63,429 bases of DNA from Euryarchaeota archaeon UBA88 (GTDB lineage Archaea; Thermoplasmatota; Poseidoniia; Poseidoniales; Poseidoniaceae), in contig DAME01000024.1 in NCBI GenBank assembly GCA_002499545.1, forward strand, positions 4-63,432, written 5' to 3'. Under the pieces are notes generated by a model. That model ran no database searches. It had not been told where the DNA came from and worked only from the letters and a program-made list of their open reading frames with translations. This document shows positions 37,498 through 47,295 of this stretch, in pieces (within the stretch, counting starts at the first letter, position 1; the number at the start of each line of letters is the position of its first letter). A program made the translations under genes and the position numbers.

Positions 37498-38415
37498 ATG
37501 ACGAACGATACTGTTCGTCTTGCATTCCGAATAGGCTACCTCGGTGATTCGTTTCACGGTAGCCAAATCCAACCAAATGTGGCCACTGTACAAGGCGAAC
37601 TCATTCGCGTCTTTGAAAGTCTCAAATGGCTTGATAAATCTGATGAACATCATAATTTAGTGCTCTCAAGCCGAACCGATGCTGGTGTGCACGTGCGACT
37701 GAATGGCGGCGTAGTTCGAATTGAACGGTCGTTGTGGGCTGTTCTCACACCTCGTAAGATGGTTCGTGCACTTGATGACAGGCTTCCAAAAGAAATTGCA
37801 TTTCTTGATGTTCGAGAAGTCGATGAAGAATGGAATCCGCGTATGGCGAATCATCGAACCTATCGCTACAGGCTTGAGGGTATCGAATTCTGGAACTACC
37901 CCGGCGACCAGTTCAATGAATGGCTTGGCATGTTTGAGGGAACCTACAACGCAACCAATTTTGCTCGTCTCGAGGAAGGGAAAAATCCAATCCGAACGAT
38001 CCTCTCGTGTACGCCTTGGATTGTGAACGGCAGAACCATTGGATTTGAGATCGTTGGCGAAGCTTTTCTTTGGAATCAAGTTCGACGTACTGCAATGGCT
38101 CTGCACAGAATGTCGATTGGAGAACTGACAGTCGAGCAAGTGCGTGCCGCTAAAGAGCATCCTGAAACCCCTGCTGACTTTGGAGTTGCACCAGCAGATT
38201 GGTTAATTTTGTGGGGGGTCGATTGGGATGAAATGCACATTCCAGCGTCAAATCATTCCATTGAACACCTTTCCAGTCCTCCTACAGGACCGGCTGTAGA
38301 ACGCACAATGAGGAAGCGATGGAGGGAAGCCGCTCGCATGGAGATGAAAAGTCTCCTGTACAGTGAATGGGCAGCGATAGGTGAACTTCCAATCGTTCAA
38401 CATCGAATCAGTTAG
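37498..38415 (+). CDS. truA: tRNA pseudouridine(38-40) synthase
   Basis: YLGDSFHGSQIQP..ATVQG, SRTDAGVH, RTYRY, AFLWNQVRR. Confidence 0.93.
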   Translation: MTNDTVRLAFRIGYLGDSFHGSQIQPNVATVQGELIRVFESLKWLDKSDEHHNLVLSSRTDAGVHVRLNGGVVRIERSLWAVLTPRKMVRALDDRLPKEIAFLDVREVDEEWNPRMANHRTYRYRLEGIEFWNYPGDQFNEWLGMFEGTYNATNFARLEEGKNPIRTILSCTPWIVNGRTIGFEIVGEAFLWNQVRRTAMALHRMSIGELTVEQVRAAKEHPETPADFGVAPADWLILWGVDWDEMHIPASNHSIEHLSSPPTGPAVERTMRKRWREAARMEMKSLLYSEWAAIGELPIVQHRIS

Positions 38416-38878
38416 ACAGTTCGATTTCGAGTAAATCACCGTCTTCCAATGAAAGACGTTCACGCAAGAACGAACTCGCGATGATTTCTACAACATCAAT
38501 GTGACGGGTCAGGTCTGGAATGAGGAGCGCACAGTCAATCGAGTGGCCTTGGAACTTGAGTGCACCAGAGAATGCTGTTGCGCCTCCGAACGAGACACCA
38601 TCTCGAAGAAAACCTCGGATCCGGTGAGCGTCGTACTGCGTGACTTCGACATCGACAGCCGCCGAACGGTCATCGTCTGATGCGTCCAGTGTATCAATTC
38701 CAGATTTCTTCCTCAATGCGATATAGTGTACGAGATCTGAACCCTCTATTTTGAGATTTAAGGTACCGGGCCAGGCAGAACCTCCCAAGATGTGCTTGAA
38801 CTGTTCTTGATAGTGTGGCTGGGCCATGAACACGTGAGCCCTACCGAGTCCACTGCTAACCGTTCCAGAAAGTCGCAT
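38408..38878 (-). CDS. ribK: CTP-dependent riboflavin kinase
   Basis: GTVSSGLGRA, WPGTLN, P..TRH, VVEIIA, LRERLSLEDGD; start ATG 38878. Confidence 0.9.
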   Translation of the reverse strand: MRLSGTVSSGLGRAHVFMAQPHYQEQFKHILGGSAWPGTLNLKIEGSDLVHYIALRKKSGIDTLDASDDDRSAAVDVEVTQYDAHRIRGFLRDGVSFGGATAFSGALKFQGHSIDCALLIPDLTRHIDVVEIIASSFLRERLSLEDGDLLEIELSN

Positions 38879-39003
38879 GAGCCCTACGAGCAACGCTCCC
38901 TTTTTGATTGCATGGTTTCGTCCGTGGAATCTGGGCACGGAGCCCGAAAGAACTTGAAGGTTGAATGCATGCGTGTGTTTGAGGAGATTGTATGCCAGGT
39001 GAT

Positions 39004-40173
39004 ATGTCATGGATGAAACAGCGTTTTGACGACCTTTCTGAAAAATCATTGTTGTGGGAACCACCCACGCTGGAGAGTCCAAACGAACCGCGATGCCGCA
39101 TGAATGGAAAACCAACTATCATGCTTTCAGCCAACAATTATCTCAACCTCACGACCCATCCAAAGGTCAAGCAAGCGATGGTAGATGCAACAGAAAAGTA
39201 TGGCGCAGGAAGTGGAAGTGTTCGTGCAATTGCAGGTACGATGGACGTCCATCTTGAAGCAGAAAAAAAGGTTGCAGAATTCAAAGGCGTCGAAGCATCG
39301 CTCATTTATTCGGCAGGCTACACCGTCAATGTCGGACTAATTCCTGCGTTGGTGACTGGACCCAAAGACGTCATCATCAGTGATTCATTGAATCATGGTT
39401 CCATCATCGATGGAGTTCGCCTTACCAAAGCAAGCCGTGGAGTGTACGCTCACAACGACATGGGCGAACTTGAAGCTGTGCTCAAGTCACACGAGTCCTC
39501 AGACCGCAAGCTCATCATTACGGACGGCGTATTCTCGATGGATGGTGACATAGCACCTCTTGATGAAGTGAACAAACTCGCTGAAGAATACGGCGCAATG
39601 GTGTACGTGGACGACTGTCACGGTGAGGGAGTTCTTGGAGAAAAAGGCGCAGGAATTGTCGCTCACTTCAATCTGCAAGGCAAAGTTGACTTCGAAACCG
39701 GTTCATTCTCCAAAGCACTTGGTGTTCAAGGAGGAATATTGGCCGGTACAGAAATGACGCGAACCCATGCCTTGAACCATTCACGTTCATGGCTCCTTTC
39801 AGGCTCACAACCACCCGGCGTTGCCGCAGCCCAGAAAGCCGCCATCGAAGTATTGATGGACGAGCCACAACACCATGCGCGGCTGTGGGAAAACACGGAC
39901 TACTTCCGTAAAGAACTGCAATCGCTCGGATTCGACACTGGAGACTCTGTAACCCCGATTATTCCAGTCATGTGCGGGGAATCAAGCGTCGCCAAAGCAA
40001 TGACCAAAGCTCTTGCGGAAGAAGGTGTTATGGCAGGAGCCATCGTTTTCCCGATGGTTGGACGAGACAAAGCACGAATCCGAACCCAAATGTCAGCAGG
40101 ACTCACCCGAGAAGATCTCGATGAAGTTCTTCGATTGTTTGAGAAGGTAGGTCCACGGCTCAACCTCGTTTGA
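39004..40173 (+). CDS. kbl: Glycine C-acetyltransferase (KBL/BioF alpha-oxoamine synthase family)
   Basis: LSANNYL, GSVRAIAGT, LNHGSIIDGVRL, DGVFSMDG, DDCHG, SFSKALG, ARIRTQMSA. Confidence 0.85.
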   Translation: MSWMKQRFDDLSEKSLLWEPPTLESPNEPRCRMNGKPTIMLSANNYLNLTTHPKVKQAMVDATEKYGAGSGSVRAIAGTMDVHLEAEKKVAEFKGVEASLIYSAGYTVNVGLIPALVTGPKDVIISDSLNHGSIIDGVRLTKASRGVYAHNDMGELEAVLKSHESSDRKLIITDGVFSMDGDIAPLDEVNKLAEEYGAMVYVDDCHGEGVLGEKGAGIVAHFNLQGKVDFETGSFSKALGVQGGILAGTEMTRTHALNHSRSWLLSGSQPPGVAAAQKAAIEVLMDEPQHHARLWENTDYFRKELQSLGFDTGDSVTPIIPVMCGESSVAKAMTKALAEEGVMAGAIVFPMVGRDKARIRTQMSAGLTREDLDEVLRLFEKVGPRLNLV

Positions 40174-40175
40174 GA

Positions 40176-40787
40176 TTACTCTTCTTCAAATGAATCCACG
40201 ACAGAAAGCAACTCTTCATCAGTTCCGGCAATAGATTCAGCACCGGTTTCGATATCCGAAACCGTTGATTCCATTCCTTCAAACGGGTTCACTCCGTCAT
40301 CCAACATGCACAACAGCCGCCACCGAGGAGCCCACGACAAATGGACGTACATCGGCCCGGGAAGCAGTAGAAGGAACCACGTGAGTCCCGCAGGGACAGT
40401 CAACAAGTCGGTTCCTGAAACGGTCAAGCAAGCCAGACCGACGAATGGCATTGGGTAGAGCAAGAAACGGGGAGGGGCGACGGGAAGTCGCTTCGATATA
40501 CCGACGATCACCAACGATACCATCCCCAACAACAAGCAGGAGAGCATAATCAGCGTTCCATGAAACGCCCAGTTGGCAAACCATCGGTCGTCTACCTGAG
40601 CGAAGCGATACGGAAGCAGTAAGGCTAAAGCAACCAAGAATCCATAAAATGCAGAAATATTCGACGGGTGCGAAAGCCACAATGGAAGTTGAGTAAAACG
40701 TCGTGAAAGTGATGTACCCAGCAGTGTATCCTGCTCTTTTGGATTAAGAGACTCAAGCCTCCCATGCCACTTTGGTGATGATTCCAC
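40176..40787 (-). CDS. Hypothetical membrane protein
   Basis: 4 TM segments and an acidic tail; no family recognised. Confidence 0.7.
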   Translation of the reverse strand: MESSPKWHGRLESLNPKEQDTLLGTSLSRRFTQLPLWLSHPSNISAFYGFLVALALLLPYRFAQVDDRWFANWAFHGTLIMLSCLLLGMVSLVIVGISKRLPVAPPRFLLYPMPFVGLACLTVSGTDLLTVPAGLTWFLLLLPGPMYVHLSWAPRWRLLCMLDDGVNPFEGMESTVSDIETGAESIAGTDEELLSVVDSFEEE

Positions 40788-40844
40788 GGTTTGCCGTGTA
40801 TGTTCAGTCTTTCAATATGAAGGTTAATTCAGGGCGAAAAACGA

Positions 40845-41498
40845 CTAATCCCGACGGAATTTCGAAAACAGGCCCTCGGGTTCTATCTCTATGCTTTCCT
40901 CGTCTTCAAACCATGACCGCTCTAGAAGCCCCGTGTCTGCACCTTCTCTCTCTCGAGCCGATTCAATCGAGTCTTCTTCACCGTTGACTGCATCTCGTAG
41001 GGCAATGGCTTGATTGATGAGGGTGATGTAACGCTTGAGGGACGTGTTGGATTGTCTGTCTGCGCTAAAATGACCTAAAGGTGCGAAATCTCCATCATCG
41101 CGCACCAGGCACGAACCGCCAAGTAATTCATCAGCAATCAGACGAACCCGCCCATCTCCGGCATCCATCCAAGCACCTGATGAAAGACGAACCATCACTT
41201 TGGCCACACCTAATCCCGCCTCGCCCATGAATGGATGGTTCAAATTCACCGCCAACGGGACTCGCAGGAGTGGGGATTGTTGATGAATCAGTTTCACTCC
41301 AACAACCCCAGAGAGTATTAAAATCAAAACATTCACGTTGTTGAGCACACCGGTCGAAGAAAGAAACCAAACCATCAGCAAGAAAACCACGAACAGTGCA
41401 CTACAATACATCCAAAATCGAAGCAGAAACGGTCGAGCGATATCCAGCGAGTTGAAGCGACGCATCTCTACGGGCAGCTCACCGTCCTCTCCGCTCAT
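40845..41498 (-). CDS. Hypothetical membrane protein
   Basis: 2 N-terminal TMs plus a soluble domain; GTTGAAGG about 25 nt upstream. Confidence 0.7.
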   Translation of the reverse strand: MSGEDGELPVEMRRFNSLDIARPFLLRFWMYCSALFVVFLLMVWFLSSTGVLNNVNVLILILSGVVGVKLIHQQSPLLRVPLAVNLNHPFMGEAGLGVAKVMVRLSSGAWMDAGDGRVRLIADELLGGSCLVRDDGDFAPLGHFSADRQSNTSLKRYITLINQAIALRDAVNGEEDSIESAREREGADTGLLERSWFEDEESIEIEPEGLFSKFRRD

Positions 41499-41655
41499 AA
41501 ATACAGGTCATCAACGATGTCCTTCAACTTCACGCTCCCGTGAATTCACGGCAATCGGCATCAGAGTTCAGCATTCAAAAAACCCATCAGCACACAAAAT
41601 CAGCCGCACCCTTCAAGAACAGTCCAGTGAACATCCCTGCGAGGGGTGAGTACCA

Positions 41656-43524
41656 ATGGTTGAATTGTCGCAAGGAGATGTTACGGAAGTTCGGCGAGGC
41701 GGGCCGGAATCTCTTCGAATTCTTTCGACTGATATTGCCCGTCTCCAAACCACGGGTTACATACGAATCGAGCGCCGTCCGAAAGACGAAATGCCGCGAG
41801 TCGGCCACGTTGTATTCAAACACGGAAAACCCCTTATGGCCGTGTACGAGCACGATTCAATCACCATGGCTCTCGAAGCGCTTCTCGATGTTGAAAGTGA
41901 TGCTGCTCACATCGATGCTTTGCTGGCCGTACATGAACTCCCACTTGCAGACATTGACCGTATTCTCGCACTCCACGGTGAAGCACAATTCCAGGTGAAT
42001 GAAGAAACCAAACAGCGAGACAGTACGCATCAGTGGTGGTCGCAAAGGCAACTTCGACCCAGTACCTGGAGAAGAGAGGAACGTTTACCAGAACTAGAAA
42101 CTGTTGTCGAAGCACCTGAAGCGATTCGCATGCGCAGCAAGGCAATGATGCAGCGTCATGAAGGACGCGAAAAAATGATGCGCCCCGGTGACGCATACCT
42201 CCTGGATTCTGTTGACCCCTCTCCATTGTTCATTCTTGCTGGACACCTCGCAGTCCACGGTCGTCCAATGCTGGTCATCGCTCGGCATGACATCGAAACA
42301 CTGAATGTCAAGCATAACATTCCAACGGCATCATGTTCCTGGCTTTCGCAAAGTCCACACAAAAACTCAATCGAACCGGCGCTAGAAAATTTACGCCGAA
42401 AGATCGACGCCTTTCTCTGGGAAAATCTACGTGCAGTCGTGGTGATTGAAGGAATCGAATACCTTGCCAGCCTCCACGGCGATGAAAGAGTTGTCAATTT
42501 CTTACGCGACATTGTCGACGGAGTCCGTTTAGAAGACCACGTTTTGCTCACAACTGTAGATTCGAATGCGTTCTCTCTCACGACCAGGGAGCGTCTAGTG
42601 CGTGACATAACTCCGCTGAGCATCGAGCACATCGAACACTGGAATTTAGAACCAGATTTGATTCTCGACCATCCCTTGTGTGCACTACCAAACGAGGAAG
42701 AAAAGCACTGGATTGACCAACAACTACAGCAAGCCATAGCTCGGACAGAAGTCCCTGATAGCAACCTCTACGCCTCGTCGATGCTTGGGGTTATGGAAGG
42801 TGGCGTTGAACCTCCCGAAATCAGTGAAGTCCTTGAAGCGACTTCCGACCTTGGTTCGCTGGTTGATGAATGGGTGACTTCTTCGCAACCCTCTCACAGT
42901 CAAGAGCCACTGCTTGAGGATGCAGAGAAAGCGTTGCAATCAGTCAGTGTGACAGAACCTTTAGAGCTACACGAACAAGAGGTTGATTCGGTTGTCGATT
43001 CATCTGAAGCAACAGAACCGATCGAAGACATTGTCCAAATGCCGGTGGACCAGCCCACTGAGATTGACACACCCGTACCAGTGCGTGGCCCTCGTCGAGC
43101 AACACGAATCAAGCGAAAGAAAAAATTGCCCCACACCTCACCTACCGACACATACAAGCTCAGAATCCAAGCCGCAGTTGACCACAAGGCAGAAGCACCT
43201 GAACTTTCACACATCCCCCTCAAACCCAGCCCACCACGAGCTGGATTTTCTACTTCAGTCGTCCTAAACCAGGACGTGTCCTCCCCAAATAAAACACCAT
43301 CAAAGCATCAAAGCGCTGCACTCACACGTCGAGTCGAGAGTAGAAATGCACTCAGTCCTTCTTTAGCGTTGAGTATCGACCCGAACCAAAGAACACCACG
43401 CAAACATCAACGAGAAAACGCTCAGCGAAAACAAACACATTCACCTCTCGATGACACCCTCAGTATTTGGGACCTCGAAGACATGCAGCGACTTGAAGTC
43501 GGAAAGAAAGGTGATGGTCGATGA
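41656..43524 (+). CDS. DUF2226-like N-terminal domain + DUF835 (inactive KaiC/RecA-like) domain + disordered tail
   Basis: TGYIRIE...GHVVFKHGKP (DUF2226/DUF4388-like); VIARH...WLS...IEP..LE...VVVIEGIEYL...FLRDIVD (DUF835). Confidence 0.7.
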   Translation: MVELSQGDVTEVRRGGPESLRILSTDIARLQTTGYIRIERRPKDEMPRVGHVVFKHGKPLMAVYEHDSITMALEALLDVESDAAHIDALLAVHELPLADIDRILALHGEAQFQVNEETKQRDSTHQWWSQRQLRPSTWRREERLPELETVVEAPEAIRMRSKAMMQRHEGREKMMRPGDAYLLDSVDPSPLFILAGHLAVHGRPMLVIARHDIETLNVKHNIPTASCSWLSQSPHKNSIEPALENLRRKIDAFLWENLRAVVVIEGIEYLASLHGDERVVNFLRDIVDGVRLEDHVLLTTVDSNAFSLTTRERLVRDITPLSIEHIEHWNLEPDLILDHPLCALPNEEEKHWIDQQLQQAIARTEVPDSNLYASSMLGVMEGGVEPPEISEVLEATSDLGSLVDEWVTSSQPSHSQEPLLEDAEKALQSVSVTEPLELHEQEVDSVVDSSEATEPIEDIVQMPVDQPTEIDTPVPVRGPRRATRIKRKKKLPHTSPTDTYKLRIQAAVDHKAEAPELSHIPLKPSPPRAGFSTSVVLNQDVSSPNKTPSKHQSAALTRRVESRNALSPSLALSIDPNQRTPRKHQRENAQRKQTHSPLDDTLSIWDLEDMQRLEVGKKGDGR

Positions 43525-45563
43525 ATACGAAGCGTGAACGATTGCGTTTAGCGCTTGATTTAGCAAAGCAGCACGTCTCTGAACAGGGCTCGAGTATCTC
43601 GCACGTTCAGTCATCCAGCGTTCAAGAAAACGAAAGACCACGTTCGAAAATGAACAGACTACTTGGGAAACATGACGTCAAGGCAAGCCATGAGCGAACC
43701 CTGCTTCAACGAACTGGCCTTGTCGAGCGTCCGACGTTCGACGTTGTCGCAGATAAAGTCCTTGGTAAGTCAAGTCAACAACGTAAGCCTGCACTCGATC
43801 TCACTGCGAAAGGCGACTCAATCAGCGACATAGCAGCACGACGTATACGGTCGCTTCGGCAACGTACGATTGAATCGATTGAGATGCACGAACATCAAGA
43901 GAGTGACGGGTATGTTGGAATTGAGGAGGATGGACGACCAGTTTGGGAAATGATTCTTGACCAGCAGCGTGGACGCTCCTCAACGATTATTGCACCTGAA
44001 CTCGCTCCGGTTGATGAATCATCACCGTATCACGCTAACGTCGCTGCGCCTGTTGAAGGAAATTGGCCACAATACCTGCGACCAGAAACACGGATGTCGT
44101 TCAAGCAGTGGTTCATCACCGATGAAAATTTCCGAGCAACACAAGCTGCAGAAGCGGTCGTAGATTCTCCCGGACTCACGTTGAACCCGCTGCTCATAGT
44201 AGGTCCGTCGCAGACGGGGCGTTCACATTTGCTTCATGCAACGGCACAAGCCGTTCTTCGCCGGCAAGAAGGCCCCGTATTCCTCCTGTCTGCTGCTGAC
44301 TTTATTGGGATGGAACATTTACCCAAGGGTTGGCAAGAAACACTCGTTGGTTCTCGCCTTTTGGTTCTCGACGATGCGGACGAAGTGGCGCATCACTCAG
44401 CACTCGCTAACGAAATTGGAGCAATGGTCGATTATGCAATCAATTTAGGAGTGCACGTCATGCTTTCTTCAAAATCGGAATCCGACGGATGGCCGTCTTC
44501 ACGGTTGTGGGAATTAACAAAGCATGCAGCAACGCTTCACATGCAGTCTCCGAAACCCACAAGCATGGTTCTTTTCGCACGTAATCTTGCCCAGAAAAAG
44601 GGATTGATGCTCGATGACGGACAGCTGGCAAGTATCGTTCTTCATGAATCAGTTGGCTGGCGTTCAACTCAATCCAATTTTGACCTGCTCGCGCTTGCGC
44701 TGCAGTCAGGCCGCGAAGTTATCGATGGAGACGATGTGACCGCCCTTCTGTCAAACCACTTGGACGAAGATAAGCCACACCACCACATCGAACGGGAACA
44801 TGTCGAAGACATTGCGACTCGACTTGTCAACTCTGCAGTTGATACTGTATTCAGTGACACGGTCATTGGTGGAATCGACCTTCATTCTGAACTCCCAATT
44901 GTGGGTAATGATGAGTACAATCCGCCTGATTTGAACATCGAAGAAATGGCTGCACAGTCCGATGCACGCCATGCAGCCTACATGCAAACTGCGCTGGAAG
45001 ATACTTCGCCATCCTCGCCTTCAGTCCTCGCACTGCACGAGCGTGAAGAACATTTGATTGCTCGCAAGGGCCGTATTGAAGAACGTGATTATGGCATTGC
45101 TGCAGACCTGCTCACCGATTTGGATGAATCGTTTGACGCACGAATCAATTCCTTCGAGGATGAACTTAAGCAGAGTTCCAAGCAACTGGCAGCGATTGAA
45201 CAAAAGATGCTTGACTTAGCGAGCAGAACTCCTGAAGCAAACATGAATGAATTGATTTCAATTTCAGATGAATTACGTTCAATGGAATCTGCCTTGGTGG
45301 AATTCGATCCTGAACGTGAACCCTGGCCCGAGTTTGAAGAGCAGGAACCTGTCAAAAAAAGAACGGTTGGACGGGTCAAAAAAACGCACCCATTGACCGC
45401 GCTTGAAAGCCACGAGCCAAAAGGTGAGTGGAACATCGATGCAGGTAATGTAGACATGCTTGATTTGCTAACAGATGGAGACGAAAGCATGCACCCAATG
45501 CGCAAGATCAAGCTGGGCCGAGTGTATGAAGTGAACAGTTCGGTAACGGGTGAAGAAGAATGA
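43521..45563 (+). CDS. Protein with a degenerate DnaA/Hda-type AAA+ domain and an acidic coiled-coil C-terminus
   Basis: SFKQWFITDENFRA...NPLLIVGPSQTGRSHLLHA...LLVLDD aligns to DnaA domain III; no domain IV. Confidence 0.75.
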   Translation: MNTKRERLRLALDLAKQHVSEQGSSISHVQSSSVQENERPRSKMNRLLGKHDVKASHERTLLQRTGLVERPTFDVVADKVLGKSSQQRKPALDLTAKGDSISDIAARRIRSLRQRTIESIEMHEHQESDGYVGIEEDGRPVWEMILDQQRGRSSTIIAPELAPVDESSPYHANVAAPVEGNWPQYLRPETRMSFKQWFITDENFRATQAAEAVVDSPGLTLNPLLIVGPSQTGRSHLLHATAQAVLRRQEGPVFLLSAADFIGMEHLPKGWQETLVGSRLLVLDDADEVAHHSALANEIGAMVDYAINLGVHVMLSSKSESDGWPSSRLWELTKHAATLHMQSPKPTSMVLFARNLAQKKGLMLDDGQLASIVLHESVGWRSTQSNFDLLALALQSGREVIDGDDVTALLSNHLDEDKPHHHIEREHVEDIATRLVNSAVDTVFSDTVIGGIDLHSELPIVGNDEYNPPDLNIEEMAAQSDARHAAYMQTALEDTSPSSPSVLALHEREEHLIARKGRIEERDYGIAADLLTDLDESFDARINSFEDELKQSSKQLAAIEQKMLDLASRTPEANMNELISISDELRSMESALVEFDPEREPWPEFEEQEPVKKRTVGRVKKTHPLTALESHEPKGEWNIDAGNVDMLDLLTDGDESMHPMRKIKLGRVYEVNSSVTGEEE

Positions 45564-46027
45564 AACAAGCATGGTGGATGCAGGGCGTTTCATTTTCCTG
45601 CCAAGCGAACTGCGGGCGATGCTGCGATGAGCCTGGAGGTATTGTCTATCTCTCCATCTCAGATGCAGAACGCATTGCGAACCATCACGAAATGGAGGTT
45701 GAGGATTGGTTGGAACGGGATTGCCGACAAACGCTTGACGGACGGTTCATATTGAACAGTCGGCCTGAGGACGACGTATGTATTTACTTGAACGATGAAC
45801 AACAGTGCAACATCTATTCAGTCCGCCCTCAGCAGTGCGCTGCGTTCCCATGGTGGTCTGAAAACCTCGCTACGCAACGTTCGTGGAATGAAGTGAAGGA
45901 ATCATGCCCGGGTTTGACGGCAGAAGATGCCATTCTCATCGACGGAGAAACAATACGAATCCAAGTATTTTCAGATCGTGAATCCACCAAAGGTTTCCGT
46001 TCCTGGCCTCCTTGGAACCGCCGTTAA
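45560..46027 (+). CDS. YkgJ-family cysteine-cluster protein
   Basis: FSCQANCGRCC, CIYL, CNIYSVRPQQCAAFPWW, CPG. Confidence 0.9.
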   Translation: MKQAWWMQGVSFSCQANCGRCCDEPGGIVYLSISDAERIANHHEMEVEDWLERDCRQTLDGRFILNSRPEDDVCIYLNDEQQCNIYSVRPQQCAAFPWWSENLATQRSWNEVKESCPGLTAEDAILIDGETIRIQVFSDRESTKGFRSWPPWNRR

Positions 46028-46128
46028 AGGTTGTACGTGCAACCTCCACAACTGGCGATGAATGTACTGAATATGTGGTAGCCGACTTTATACGAAAGAG
46101 GTATGTCCGTGAGACAGAGCCTGATTCT

Positions 46129-47295
46129 ATGACCCAAAAAGAGTCCTTGTTGGAAGTCACTACAGACCACCTCAACACTGGACTGCGTGGCATTCCGGTC
46201 GGGACTTGCCGAACATCATTCGTCACACCCACCGAAGGGGTGCACTACTGCGGCTATCCCATCACTGAACTTGCGTCATTTAAGCCTGAAGACATCATCT
46301 ATTTGCTCTTCAACAAAGAACTCCCGACCCCCGAACAATCAGCTGCATTCTGTGATGAACTGGCAGTTCGCGGTGCACTACCCGATGGAATGGAAGCGGT
46401 TTTGAACAGTCTTCCAAAAGACGGCCACCCGATGGATTGGCTCAGTATCGGCATTCACACGCTTGGAATGCTTGAAACGACCAATGATTGGAATGAAGAT
46501 GCGCTCAACCTCGTCGCACGAATGCCGCGCCTTATGGGACTCATCTTCCGCATCAGAGAAGGACGAACAAACGATATTCCTGCCGATGATCCCTCGGGAA
46601 CATTGGTTGACCGATTCGTCAACACATTGGATTTAATCGGAGTTGACAAGGAGAAGATGCGTCAAGTTATTTCAACATACTTGGTTCTCCACATGGACCA
46701 CGGTGGCGGTAATCTTTCGACCTTCACTGGCAAGGCAATCGCTTCGGGTAAAGCCAGCGTGTATTCTTCGATGGCAGGGGCAATGAACGCTCTGTCAGGA
46801 CCTCTTCACGGCCGAGCGAATCAATCATGCTTGGAATTTGTCCTTAAAGTTGGAACCAGTGACCCTGACAAAGTCGAAGCATTCGTTCGGGGCGAACTGG
46901 CTGCGAAGCGTCCAATCTTTGGATTTGGCCATGCAGTCTTGCGAACCGAAGACCCTCGAGCAACCGCTCAATTCGAACTCGGTGCGAAAATCTGCCCCGA
47001 CGATGAGAACTTCAAAATCATCACTGCACTTCGAGAAATTGCCCCGCGTGTCTTGGCTGAAAACCCTAAAATCAGCAATCCAAATGCAAACGTCGATATC
47101 GCAAGTGGGGCGCTACTCTACCACATTGGTCTGAAGGACCCAACCTACTACACCACCTTCTTTGGCTGGGCAAGAGTCGCAGGCATCGGTGCTCAAATTG
47201 TTGATGAACGGGCCGTCATGCGAGACGGCAAAGGCACCCCAATCTATCGGCCTAAGTACATCGCAGAAGACCAGTCGTTGCGTCACATTGAATGA
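46129..47295 (+). CDS. gltA: Citrate synthase
   Basis: GLRG, HPM, DHGGGN, GPLHGRAN, GFGHAVLRTEDPR, NVD, IYRP. Confidence 0.93.
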   Translation: MTQKESLLEVTTDHLNTGLRGIPVGTCRTSFVTPTEGVHYCGYPITELASFKPEDIIYLLFNKELPTPEQSAAFCDELAVRGALPDGMEAVLNSLPKDGHPMDWLSIGIHTLGMLETTNDWNEDALNLVARMPRLMGLIFRIREGRTNDIPADDPSGTLVDRFVNTLDLIGVDKEKMRQVISTYLVLHMDHGGGNLSTFTGKAIASGKASVYSSMAGAMNALSGPLHGRANQSCLEFVLKVGTSDPDKVEAFVRGELAAKRPIFGFGHAVLRTEDPRATAQFELGAKICPDDENFKIITALREIAPRVLAENPKISNPNANVDIASGALLYHIGLKDPTYYTTFFGWARVAGIGAQIVDERAVMRDGKGTPIYRPKYIAEDQSLRHIE

